A stretch of DNA of 64,000 bases from the NCBI GenBank assembly GCA_943353165.1, contig CALRAM010000001.1:109803-173802 (forward strand), read 5' to 3'. A program made the translations under genes and the position numbers. This document shows, piece after piece, positions 55,945 to 64,000 of the stretch (positions within the stretch are counted from its first letter, which is position 1; each line of letters begins with the position of its first letter). The notes below the pieces were generated by a model, which saw only the letters and a list, made by a program, of their open reading frames with translations, did not search any database and was not told the origin of the DNA. Origin of the DNA: an uncultured Candidatus Saccharimonas sp. (GTDB lineage: Bacteria; Patescibacteriota; Saccharimonadia; Saccharimonadales; OMJO01).

Positions 55945-56595
55945 TTAGTGGTAGATTGATTTTTTGAGTCGTTCCAAAAAAGTTGCCTGATGTCCTCCGC
56001 CGCAACTAGCGGGATCACGCTCGGTGTTTGCTTTGTGTGCATCAGTCGGCACCGTGGCAAATAACTGGTCTAGCTTTTCCTGCGATGTTTTGCCGTAATC
56101 TATCAATAATCGGTCTTCGCTACGAATAACCACGTTAGCAATGTTGCTAATCTTTTTGCCATTTAGAATAAAACTTAATTGTTTGCCGTCTTTGCCGTCA
56201 GCGTATATTGTGTAACCCTTGTTTTCTACTTTATCAAATACGCTGTCAGTTCCTATTAGTTTGTCGCCTAGGGTGTAGCCCAGATTGGCGAAAAAGTATC
56301 CCCAAGTTGCGCCCTCTGCGTGTACGTGTACCAGCCCATTATTCTGATCGTGCATATGAACTCTTATCTTAGGATTATTTGAGTCATGTACGGTGCAGGC
56401 ACTAACTTCCTCGTAAAAAGTAAAGCTCTTTAATTCATCCCGGCGACCGTTTATGTACAGAGCAAAATTTGCATGATAATGCACGTCTGTGCTCCTATAG
56501 GTTATGAACCTAAATGCAATAATACTTAGAGTTCCCAGCAAAAAAGCGACGCCTAAAAAAATAAACTTTTGATGTGTCTTTTTGTTTATATTCAT
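55945..56595 (-). CDS. membrane-anchored extracytoplasmic His-rich protein, unknown function
   Basis: Trimmed to the Met at 56595 (MNINKKTHQKFIFLGVAFLL...), because the upstream part of the 296-aa ORF overlaps the glutaredoxin gene. His clusters: HYHANF and VHMHDQNNGLVHVHAEG. Confidence 0.5.
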   Translation of the reverse strand: MNINKKTHQKFIFLGVAFLLGTLSIIAFRFITYRSTDVHYHANFALYINGRRDELKSFTFYEEVSACTVHDSNNPKIRVHMHDQNNGLVHVHAEGATWGYFFANLGYTLGDKLIGTDSVFDKVENKGYTIYADGKDGKQLSFILNGKKISNIANVVIRSEDRLLIDYGKTSQEKLDQLFATVPTDAHKANTERDPASCGGGHQATFLERLKKSIYH

Positions 56596-56631
56596 GAATA
56601 TATAATAACGCACTATGCTAATATAATAGTC

Positions 56632-56871
56632 ATGATAACGATGTATTCGACAACTTGGTGTGGATATTGCCACATGGCAAAAGCATACTTTGATAAACTG
56701 GGCGTAAAATACAAGGATATTGACATAGAAAAGCACCCAGCAGAGGCAAAAATAGCAGTCGAAAAATCTGGCCAAATGGGCGTACCTGTTATAGATATAG
56801 ATGGCAATATATTGGTAGGTTTTGACCGTCCCCAAATTGACCTCTTGTTACGAGAAAAAAAGCTAATTTAG
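56632..56871 (+). CDS. glutaredoxin/NrdH-like thioredoxin-fold protein
   Basis: MITMYSTTWCGYCHMAK (CxxC), GVPVIDIDG. Trimmed from the ORF starting at 56569. Confidence 0.8.
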   Translation: MITMYSTTWCGYCHMAKAYFDKLGVKYKDIDIEKHPAEAKIAVEKSGQMGVPVIDIDGNILVGFDRPQIDLLLREKKLI

Positions 56872-56946
56872 CAAAACGCTGACCTTTAAAGCTCCTAGAT
56901 TTACTTGACTAGATATGGTATAATCTGCATGTTTTAGGAGTAATTA

Positions 56947-57408
56947 ATGAATTCTTATACACCAGCCCCCCAGTTTAGAGTCGATGGCTCAGCGCCTGCA
57001 GATGTCGAGTTGTCTCTTCACGAACTAGAACAATCTATAAATACCGATCCATACCTACTGGACGAAGCCTTGACAATGGCAATAGCCCTTAGGCTACCCG
57101 CTAACTCCACAGCGAGTCTTTTGGAAATAGCAGAGCAAACAAAAGTTACTTCACCACTGTGGGACTTGAACGCCGTCATAAAAATGTGGCAAGAATATGA
57201 AGAAAACCAAACTTGGAAATATCTAGATTTTGACGATGATTCAAACGAAGAAATACGTCAAAACCATCTCATAAAAACACTAGTGGAACAACTTCACAAC
57301 AATAACGCCAAAAGCCACGACGCAACACGCCAACAAATCCGAACAACACGTATGTCTTTATTTATTGGTAGAATTATTACTTTCGAGAGCAACCACGAGT
57401 CAAAATAA
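56947..57408 (+). CDS. hypothetical acidic protein
   Basis: 153-aa ORF with a GGAG RBS. Confidence 0.4.
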   Translation: MNSYTPAPQFRVDGSAPADVELSLHELEQSINTDPYLLDEALTMAIALRLPANSTASLLEIAEQTKVTSPLWDLNAVIKMWQEYEENQTWKYLDFDDDSNEEIRQNHLIKTLVEQLHNNNAKSHDATRQQIRTTRMSLFIGRIITFESNHESK

Positions 57409-57459
57409 TTCAGAGAGCGCTTCTGCAATAAAGCCCAAAAATCCTATATACTATAGGGC

Positions 57460-58029
57460 ATGTCCTACGAAGATTATAAGTCAAAAGAATCAGTCACAAT
57501 CGTATATACAGGTGAAGGCAAGGGAAAAACAAGCGCCAGCATCGGTTTGCTGGTTCGTGCCCTAGGCAACCGAAACAAAGTGGCCTTTATTCAGTTTATA
57601 AAATACTGGGGGGTTAGCGAGCATGTATTTTTAAGAGATATTGGACCGTTATTCCAGGACCAGCTTTTTTTCTACAAAGGTGGTAAAGGCTTTTATAATG
57701 CCGGAGAGCATAGCGCCCAAGCGATTACCAAAAAACAACACCTGTCTGCGGCCTTGGATACTTACAAAAAGGCTTTAGAGTGCGCAAAGAGCGGAGAATA
57801 CGACGTCGTCATCTGTGACGAGATAAACAACGCCGTACACGATGGTCTGCTAAATAAAACTCAGCTAAAAAACTTGATTGTTTCCAAGGCTCCAAATACT
57901 AGTCTGTGCTTGACTGGCAGAAACTTTCCAGATGTTTTGCTAGAATACGTTGACATCGCTACAAATATGGACAAAATAAAACACCATTTCGATGACAAGT
58001 TTCTAGCAAACAAGGGCATAGATTTTTAA
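57460..58029 (+). CDS. cob(I)yrinic acid a,c-diamide / cob(I)alamin adenosyltransferase (CobA/BtuR type)
   Basis: IVYTGEGKGKTSASIGLLVRALG P-loop, FIK, CDEINNAV pattern. Confidence 0.7.
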   Translation: MSYEDYKSKESVTIVYTGEGKGKTSASIGLLVRALGNRNKVAFIQFIKYWGVSEHVFLRDIGPLFQDQLFFYKGGKGFYNAGEHSAQAITKKQHLSAALDTYKKALECAKSGEYDVVICDEINNAVHDGLLNKTQLKNLIVSKAPNTSLCLTGRNFPDVLLEYVDIATNMDKIKHHFDDKFLANKGIDF

Positions 58030-58070
58030 TATTTGGCAGGGTTATACTCAGCTAAAAGTCAGTAAAACTA

Positions 58071-58679
58071 ATGAGCACAACCGAAACACCAATCCACGTT
58101 TATCCCCAAAAACACAGAAAACGCAAGCCTTCTTCAGCTACGGCCCTCGCCATAGCTGTATTTTTTGTATTAATCTACCAAACTGGGTGGCTGAATACGC
58201 CCAAAAAGATACTAGAGAAATCCCAGCCGGGATTGTACAGTGTTAGCCGGTTTGATGACGGCGATACTATAGTAATTAATATGGATGGTACCCTAGAAAA
58301 AATACGTTTTATTGGTGTTGATACACCCGAAACACACGATCCGCGAAAAGTCGTTCAGTGTTTTGGGCAGGCCGCGTCGGAATATACAAAAAACCTTATA
58401 GACAACAAAAAGATTAGGCTGGAATCCGACCCATTGTCTTCAAACCGTGATCGATATAACAGATTGCTACGATATGTATATTTGCCAGATGGCACGTTAG
58501 TAAACCAAAAACTCATATCCGAAGGTTATGGCTTTGCATATACTGGTTTTCCTTTTACAAAATCGTCAGATTTTGTATTGGCCCAAAAATCAGCTAGGGA
58601 AAACAACAAGGGGTTGTGGAATGATTGCACGCCAGCCATAAATAAATACGGTGGTTATACTTCTAACGACGATAATTAG
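58071..58679 (+). CDS. membrane-anchored thermonuclease (staphylococcal nuclease fold)
   Basis: N-terminal TM. DGDTIVI, IRFIGVDTPET, RYNRLLRYVYLPDG, GYGFAY. Confidence 0.85.
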   Translation: MSTTETPIHVYPQKHRKRKPSSATALAIAVFFVLIYQTGWLNTPKKILEKSQPGLYSVSRFDDGDTIVINMDGTLEKIRFIGVDTPETHDPRKVVQCFGQAASEYTKNLIDNKKIRLESDPLSSNRDRYNRLLRYVYLPDGTLVNQKLISEGYGFAYTGFPFTKSSDFVLAQKSARENNKGLWNDCTPAINKYGGYTSNDDN

Positions 58680-59524
58680 GCCATAGGGTTTTTTCGGGGA
58701 GATTCGTGTTTTCTTTGTAATGCATGTTTTAATGAACGTTTTCTGGTCTTTGGATCGTACAATCTCCTAGACGAACGCATAAATATGTATCCTAGCGTGT
58801 AAAATGTAGTCACCAATCGTGGGGCGATACTGTCGATGCCATGGCTAGAGTACGAATCACGAAACATGCGACCATATTTCATAAATCCTGTCCATGAATC
58901 ATCGTAACGCCTAGCTGAGGCTCCAGCATGAAGTCTTTTGTCATAAATAATACGGTAATTTGACTGCTTCAAATGAACTGCCAAATCCAGATCTTCGTGG
59001 ATATGATTGTTTTTGCAAAGACCGCTTTTAACCAATAACCAGACATTACGACGAATCGCCATATTGCTACCAAACAAAAACGGGCAAGATGGCGAAAGTT
59101 TCTGTAACATTTTGCGGGTTATGTGGTCCAGCCAATAGTTTAGCCACGGGAATGGCATGTCATAGTAAGAAACCGGACCTGTAACAGCAGACACGTCACT
59201 AGACTGGAAATCGTATTTAATTTTTTGGACCCAATCAGTCGGCAACACTGTATCGGCGTCTATGCGGGCTATTATGTCGCTTTTTGCGGCGTCAAATCCT
59301 GTATTTCTGGCAGCTTGTACGCCCCTTTGCGTTTCTGACAACAATGTAACTTGTGGATATTTTTGGATGATTTGAACTGAATTGTCAGTAGAGTTATTAT
59401 TCACCACTATTATTTCGTCAGCGCCATCCGACTGTAATAAAATGGCGTCTAAACAAGGAATAATGTAGTTTTCTTCGTTATAAACTGGTATAACTATAGT
59501 TAACGATAATGCTTTTTTAATCAC
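58676..59524 (-). CDS. glycosyltransferase family 2
   Basis: LTIVIPVYNEENYI, IVVNNNSTDNS, RIDADT. Confidence 0.8.
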   Translation of the reverse strand: MIKKALSLTIVIPVYNEENYIIPCLDAILLQSDGADEIIVVNNNSTDNSVQIIQKYPQVTLLSETQRGVQAARNTGFDAAKSDIIARIDADTVLPTDWVQKIKYDFQSSDVSAVTGPVSYYDMPFPWLNYWLDHITRKMLQKLSPSCPFLFGSNMAIRRNVWLLVKSGLCKNNHIHEDLDLAVHLKQSNYRIIYDKRLHAGASARRYDDSWTGFMKYGRMFRDSYSSHGIDSIAPRLVTTFYTLGYIFMRSSRRLYDPKTRKRSLKHALQRKHESPRKNPMA

Positions 59525-59542
59525 TACGATTCATACTATCAA

Positions 59543-60640
59543 ATGAAACATTTAAACCATAATACCAAAACCTCTGGACGCATAAAATCAAAACTCTTGT
59601 CCTGGTGGCACGCAAACTTTTGGAACAAAGTTTTAATAATTACGTTCACAATACTAGTTATATCAGTAGGGGGGATGTATGGAATCGCACAGTGGTACAT
59701 TTATAGCCACAAAAAAACCCCCCTTATGATCGGAGCGACCTTTATACCGGACTACGCCCAGAGCTTTGGTTTAGACCCAAAGGAAACATTGAGCGCAATG
59801 ATAGATGATTTGGGCATCAAAAGAGTTCGACTAGTTAGCTATTGGGAAAATGGAGAGAGTCAACGGGGCAAGTACGATATGTCTTTTCTGGATTGGCAGT
59901 TCGAAATGGCAGAAAAAGCAAATGTAAAAGTTTCTCTGTCTATTGGCTTGCGCCAACCGCGTTGGCCAGAATGCCACCTACCAGGCTGGGCAAACAAAAT
60001 TCCAAAAAGCCAATGGCAACCAGAACTAGAAAAATACATTGCCGTCGTAGTTAACCGTTACAAAGACAGTCCAGCCCTAGACAGCTATCAACTAGAAAAC
60101 GAGTATTTTCTAAAAGCTTTTGGGGAATGCCCAGACTTCAGCAGGGACAGACTAGTTTCTGAATACAATTTGGTAAAGAGATTAGACCCAAAGCGCACCC
60201 TAGTTGTCAGCATGAGCAACAACGCCCTTGGCACTCCATTGTACGAACCAACTCCAGATATGTGGGCCATTTCCGTCTACAAAAGAGTCTGGGACAAAAC
60301 CTTTACTCATAGATACTTTGAATACCCGTTTCCGGCATGGTACTACGCTTTCCGAGCTGGCTGGGTACAAATAACCCGAGGTCACGATTCGTTCATTCAC
60401 GAACTACAAGCCGAAGCTTGGCTACCAAGTGGTATAGCTATCCAAGACGCACCATTGGCAGAACAAGATAAATCATTGGACGCCAAACGGCTAAAAGACC
60501 GTTTTGAATATGGCAGAGCTACTGGCATGCGTACGATTGATATGTGGGGCGTAGAATGGTGGTACTGGAGAAAAGTCAAGATGAATGACCCAAGCGTCTG
60601 GAACGTCGCCAAAGAAGAGTACAAAAAAAGTAATAAATAA
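59543..60640 (+). CDS. membrane-anchored TIM-barrel glycoside hydrolase-like protein (clan GH-A type)
   Basis: N-terminal TM. YQLENEYF (N-E acid/base motif) and HELQAEAW (candidate nucleophile Glu). Confidence 0.45.
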   Translation: MKHLNHNTKTSGRIKSKLLSWWHANFWNKVLIITFTILVISVGGMYGIAQWYIYSHKKTPLMIGATFIPDYAQSFGLDPKETLSAMIDDLGIKRVRLVSYWENGESQRGKYDMSFLDWQFEMAEKANVKVSLSIGLRQPRWPECHLPGWANKIPKSQWQPELEKYIAVVVNRYKDSPALDSYQLENEYFLKAFGECPDFSRDRLVSEYNLVKRLDPKRTLVVSMSNNALGTPLYEPTPDMWAISVYKRVWDKTFTHRYFEYPFPAWYYAFRAGWVQITRGHDSFIHELQAEAWLPSGIAIQDAPLAEQDKSLDAKRLKDRFEYGRATGMRTIDMWGVEWWYWRKVKMNDPSVWNVAKEEYKKSNK

Positions 60641-60700
60641 CAGTTTCGTAACAATAATGCACTTTGTCAATACGCTAAAAACCTGTACAATGGTTACGGT

Positions 60701-61162
60701 ATGAAAAAGAAGCCAAACATCCCCAAACAGATAGTCAACAGACGCGCCAAGCACGATTACGAGCTGGACGATTCTTTGGTGGTGGGTCTGGAACTAACTG
60801 GAGCCGAAGTAAAAGCCCTAAGAATGGGACATGGTCATCTGCGAGGGTCGTATGTAACAGTAAAAGACAACCAGCTCTGGCTGCTAAATGCCACTATAAC
60901 TGGATCTAATTCGGCACCATTAACAGACGAACAAAAAGTCCGCACACGCAGGTTACTGGCAAAGAGAAAAGAAATAGATGCATTTATCTCTGCCAAACAG
61001 CAGGGAAGATCCATAGTACCCTTGCAGCTTTTGACGGGTGGACGATACATAAAACTACGAATGGCAGGTGGACGAGGCAAAAAACTGCACGACAAACGTG
61101 CTTCTCTAAAAGAACACGACGAAAAAAGAGCTATGAGCGCCGCCATAAAAGCAATGCGCTAA
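60701..61162 (+). CDS. smpB: SsrA-binding protein SmpB
   Basis: NRRAKHDYELDDSLVVGLELTGAEVKALR, KRKEIDAF, KLHDKRASLKEHD. Confidence 0.9.
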   Translation: MKKKPNIPKQIVNRRAKHDYELDDSLVVGLELTGAEVKALRMGHGHLRGSYVTVKDNQLWLLNATITGSNSAPLTDEQKVRTRRLLAKRKEIDAFISAKQQGRSIVPLQLLTGGRYIKLRMAGGRGKKLHDKRASLKEHDEKRAMSAAIKAMR

Positions 61163-61210
61163 GCATTATTTGCTAGAAACCACTCTGTTCGCTATAATTT
61201 ATCACTGTAA

Positions 61211-61285
61211 TCCGGAGTAGCTCAATGGTAGAGCACCGCCCTGTTAAGGCGATTGTTGCCGGTTCGAGTCCGGCCTCCGGAGCCA
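61211..61285 (+). tRNA. tRNA-Asn (anticodon GUU)
   Basis: Acceptor TCCGGAG/CTCCGGA; anticodon loop CTGTTAA; T-arm GCCGG-TTCGAGT-CCGGC; encoded CCA. Confidence 0.85.
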
Positions 61286-61293
61286 AAATAATA

Positions 61294-61325
61294 GTCCCAG
61301 CCAAAGGTTGGGGCTTTTATTTTGC
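61294..61325 (+). terminator. terminator hairpin after tRNA-Asn
   Basis: GTCCCAGCC-AAA-GGTTGGGGC followed by TTTTATTTT. Confidence 0.6.
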
Positions 61326-61484
61326 CGTTCTGGAAACCAGAACCTCGAACCGCAGGTTCGGTGTAGCGAACTCACGCACAGGAGCTTCCGCCGAGAAAAT
61401 GAGGAAACGTGCCGCAGGCAGCCCCGGCCTCTCTTCGAGTCTGAGCCTGAGGGCTCATCCCTCATAGTTGAATGACCGGAGCCA
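61326..61484 (+). repeat. GC-rich tRNA-flanking structured element, copy 3 (ORF-less), ending in CCGGAGCCA (the tRNA-Asn 3' end)
   Basis: CTCGAACC (61344-61351) mirrors GGTTCGAG of the tRNA T-loop (61261-61268). It also has GAACC-GCA-GGTTC, GGTTCGGTGTAG, GCACAG-GGAGCTTCC-GCCGAG, and AATGAGGA...GCCGCAG (compare AATGAGGACGCGCGCAG at 940-956). Confidence 0.55.
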
Positions 61485-61560
61485 TAAATAACACCACTGC
61501 TTGCCGCGGGCTTTTTTATGATTTCTGGCTCGATATAACAGCCTGGGCTATAATTTAGAT

Positions 61561-61803
61561 ATGAACGACAGCCGTATCAACCCAGCCACAATTACTGGCC
61601 GCATAAATGCCAAAGCTATTGAGCTCATAGCGGCAAACCCAGAAGGTATTCGCTGGGCGGATTTGCTAAAACAAATTCAAATCTCAGACCAGAGCTACCA
61701 CCCCAAAACGGTCAATGGCTGTGTCTGGAAGCTAGTCGAAAAGTTTCCTGACATAGTCTATAAACCAGAAAAAGGCTTGTTTCGATCCGTCAAATATAAA
61801 TAA
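61561..61803 (+). CDS. small winged-helix-like protein (Mrr_N-like pattern)
   Basis: 80 aa. AIELIAANPEGIRWADLLKQI...VNGCVWKLVEKFPDIVYKPEKGLF. Confidence 0.4.
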   Translation: MNDSRINPATITGRINAKAIELIAANPEGIRWADLLKQIQISDQSYHPKTVNGCVWKLVEKFPDIVYKPEKGLFRSVKYK

Positions 61804-61942
61804 AATTGTGCCAACAACATTTTCATTCAAAAGTATTAGATAGCAAATCTGTAATTCATTCATTTGTTAAAAGCCCTGGCCTCTATAAACGATATATATA
61901 CCTACTATTGACAAAATGACTTGATTGTAGTATTATGTGCAT

Positions 61943-62524
61943 ATGAAAAATTATTGTGAAACACTATGTCCACAGCGTGATAACTGTCAGTCTGCGGTAG
62001 ATGCCGCGTTCGCGAGCTCAGAATCGTTACGACAACAGCATGAGTTATTTACATCAGCACTACAAAACGCTGATGAGGCTGCGCGCTTGGGCGCTTTAGC
62101 AATATCTAATGGTGAGATATCTGCCGAACAACACGATAAGTTTGTTGACCCGCTTATAGCTGATCGACCAGACTACCCAGCTATTTTAGTAAGTATTGGC
62201 AAAAAAATTACTGATGCTGACCAAACTTCTGTTAAAAACAAAGAAGCTCTAAATATATTTGAAGAAGGTATGGAAAAATGTAGTGGACCAACCCTTGGCG
62301 TATTTCGTACGCTCCAATTAGAAATGCGCAGAAAAAGTAATAATCCCGGAAAGATCCTTGTTTCTATTGGTAAGGGCCTACAAATTGACAAGTGGTCAAC
62401 AGTGTCTCCAGGAACGTTGGCAAGAATCAGTGAAGAAGATAGAAGTCTTACACTCGATGCAATCCGAAAGCATGGCAGGTGCGGAAACCCTTCCGTTAAA
62501 AGGAAACTGTTCCGTCTACACTGA
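61943..62524 (+). CDS. hypothetical protein
   Basis: 193-aa ORF from the ATG at 61943 (GTG at 61937 in the track). No motif recognised. Confidence 0.4.
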   Translation: MKNYCETLCPQRDNCQSAVDAAFASSESLRQQHELFTSALQNADEAARLGALAISNGEISAEQHDKFVDPLIADRPDYPAILVSIGKKITDADQTSVKNKEALNIFEEGMEKCSGPTLGVFRTLQLEMRRKSNNPGKILVSIGKGLQIDKWSTVSPGTLARISEEDRSLTLDAIRKHGRCGNPSVKRKLFRLH

Positions 62525-62581
62525 GCGTAACTATCAGCCTACCAGAGCATTAAATATTTATATTTGATATGATTAGGTCAA

Positions 62582-63589
62582 ATGAATTTTATATTGTTTG
62601 GACTGGCAAAAACGGCTACTAGCGAATACGTTGTGCCGTGGTTTATGTATGCGGTAGTAGTAGCTGTAATGGTTGTTTATGCTCTGATCGAAGCAAGCCA
62701 CACACGCAAAGACCACGAAGTATTATTTCCAGAAGCAGTCAAATGGTCAATTTTTTATGTTTCGGTGGCGCTTTTGTTTGCCGTGCCTGTGTACTATTTC
62801 ATCGGTGCGCAAGCATCTGGCGAATACCTGGCAGCATGGGCAATAGAAAAGGCCCTCAGCCTGGATAACCTGTTTGTTATTGGCCTGATATTTGCTAGCT
62901 TTAGGGTGCCCCGCAAACTAGAAAGGCGAATGCTAAACTATGGTATTGCCGGAGCCATAGTCTTCCGATTGATTTTTATATTGGCTGGGTTGGAACTGCT
63001 AAAACGTTTTGAATGGGTCAGCGTAATTTTTGGACTCATCCTTTTACGAGCCGCCTGGGAGGCATTTCAGGAAGCAAGGGGCAGGAATGCCATAGAACAC
63101 GATTTGGCCATAACCGACAAAAGACTATGGAGAACAATGTCCAGATTTTTGCCCATAAGCCGGGCGTACGATGGGCATAAACTCATCACCAAAATAGACG
63201 GAAAGAGGATGCTGACCCTGATGGCTGGAATCATAGTGCTAATAGAATTTACTGACATAATGTTTGCGGTAGACAGCGTGCCCGCCGTATTGGCGGTCAG
63301 CCCAAACAGATTCATAGCCTATTCTAGCAATATATTTGCACTGCTGGGTCTGCGAGCACTGTTTTTTGTGTATCAGTCGCTGGCTCCGCGTTTCTGGGCA
63401 TTACCGTGGGCTTTGGCAGGCATACTGGGCTGGATAGCTTTCAAACTGATTGCATCTCCGTTGGGGCTACACGTCTCTATAACTATCAGCCTAGCAGTTT
63501 TGGCAGTACTGCTTGGTGGAAGCATTCTGGCGTCTGTTGTTTGGAAAAAAGAGTTCAAAACACAGCCCATAAAAATCAAGACTAATTAA
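62582..63589 (+). CDS. TerC-family integral membrane protein
   Basis: AIEKALSLDNLFVIGLIF and EFTDIMFAVDSVPAVLAV are the duplicated TerC signature. Confidence 0.8.
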   Translation: MNFILFGLAKTATSEYVVPWFMYAVVVAVMVVYALIEASHTRKDHEVLFPEAVKWSIFYVSVALLFAVPVYYFIGAQASGEYLAAWAIEKALSLDNLFVIGLIFASFRVPRKLERRMLNYGIAGAIVFRLIFILAGLELLKRFEWVSVIFGLILLRAAWEAFQEARGRNAIEHDLAITDKRLWRTMSRFLPISRAYDGHKLITKIDGKRMLTLMAGIIVLIEFTDIMFAVDSVPAVLAVSPNRFIAYSSNIFALLGLRALFFVYQSLAPRFWALPWALAGILGWIAFKLIASPLGLHVSITISLAVLAVLLGGSILASVVWKKEFKTQPIKIKTN

Positions 63590-63613
63590 GGTACATGCTA
63601 AACTATAATTTAT

Positions 63614-64000
63614 ATGCAACGAAAAAAGCCACGCTTTTCTATAGTAATACCTGCCTATAATGAGGCCCAATACATTTCTAAAACACTAGAATCTCTGCAC
63701 CATCAAAATTACGATGGAGAGTTTCAGATTATAGTAGTGGACAACAACAGCTCCGACACAACCGCAGCAGTTTCAAAGAGTTTGGGTGCTACGGTTGTAA
63801 AAGAAAATAGGGCTGGCGTATGCTTTGCCAGACAAAAAGGGACCGAAATAGCAGAGGGTGAAATTATTATATCTACAGATGCAGACACTTATTTCAGCCC
63901 TAATTGGCTGACAAATATAGACAATTCCTTTCACAAAAACCCAAAAGCTGTGTCAGTAGCAGGCGGATGCCGTTATGTTGACGGACCTATCTGGGCATCG
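63614..64000 (+). CDS. glycosyltransferase family 2 (3' end beyond the window)
   Basis: ATG at 63614. FSIVIPAYNEAQYI, IIVVDNNSSDTT, STDADT. No stop before nt 64000, so it is absent from the ORF track. Confidence 0.75.
   Translation, partial: MQRKKPRFSIVIPAYNEAQYISKTLESLHHQNYDGEFQIIVVDNNSSDTTAAVSKSLGATVVKENRAGVCFARQKGTEIAEGEIIISTDADTYFSPNWLTNIDNSFHKNPKAVSVAGGCRYVDGPIWAS

Noticed and set aside
55945-56835. Full 296-aa minus-strand ORF
   Set aside because: The first 80 codons overlap the better-supported glutaredoxin gene on the plus strand and encode Cys/Tyr/Phe-rich nonsense. The ORF was trimmed to the Met at 56595, which is followed by a signal-anchor sequence.
61225-61467. 80-aa (+) and 73-aa (-) ORFs over tRNA-Asn and its flank
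   Set aside because: Same reasoning as above: they overlap a tRNA and a GC-rich non-coding block, with no RBS and no conserved peptide.
61290-61520. Possible tmRNA (ssrA) because smpB is adjacent
   Set aside because: There is no GGGG...-type 5' acceptor, no tRNA-Ala-like T-arm with a GGTTCGA loop before the 3' end, and no tag-peptide reading frame ending in a stop. The interval is also too short (about 230 nt).
62525-62581. yybP-ykoY (manganese) riboswitch expected upstream of a TerC-family gene
   Set aside because: The spacer is only 57 nt and AT-rich, with no room for or sign of the four-helix riboswitch.

Overview
This is an AT-rich, tightly packed bacterial window using the standard genetic code (TGA is used as a stop). 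I infer it comes from a small-genome Patescibacteria/CPR organism, possibly Saccharibacteria-like. The inference rests on gene content and style: extended ribosomal proteins, many membrane or surface proteins, a membrane-anchored nuclease, and a heliorhodopsin. The housekeeping backbone comprises tRNA-Thr/Tyr, tRNA-Thr, rpmG, tRNA-Trp, secE-nusG-rplKAJL, dnaX, dnaB, ybaB-recR, nrnA-like, cysS, murD, a DEAD-box helicase, a UvrD/RecB-type helicase-nuclease, a complete F1Fo ATP synthase operon on the minus strand, smpB and tRNA-Asn. I saw no rRNA, CRISPR array, integrase or transposase. An accessory block of about 11.4 kb (nt 854-12312) splits the tRNA/ribosomal cluster. It carries a mini K+ channel divergent from a heliorhodopsin. 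It also carries MazG followed by a GIY-YIG/DUF2075 helicase-like ATPase fused to a LexA/UmuD-type S24 self-cleaving domain. A macrodomain protein and three surface or membrane genes follow, each behind the same 35-nt promoter-like motif. The most unusual signal is non-coding. Three tRNA genes (Tyr, Gln, Asn) are each followed by a GC-rich ORF-less block with three parts: a mirrored copy of the tRNA 3' region, a conserved core whose hairpins differ in sequence but stay self-complementary, and a terminal copy of the tRNA 3' end. A fourth tRNA (Trp) has a 38-bp duplicated 5' half flanking a small GIY-YIG nuclease gene. A dcd gene overlapping a fused thymidylate kinase::ThyX gene, an L10-leader attenuator and several orphan enzymes are also noted. 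All product calls come from motif recognition by eye. No database search was run.
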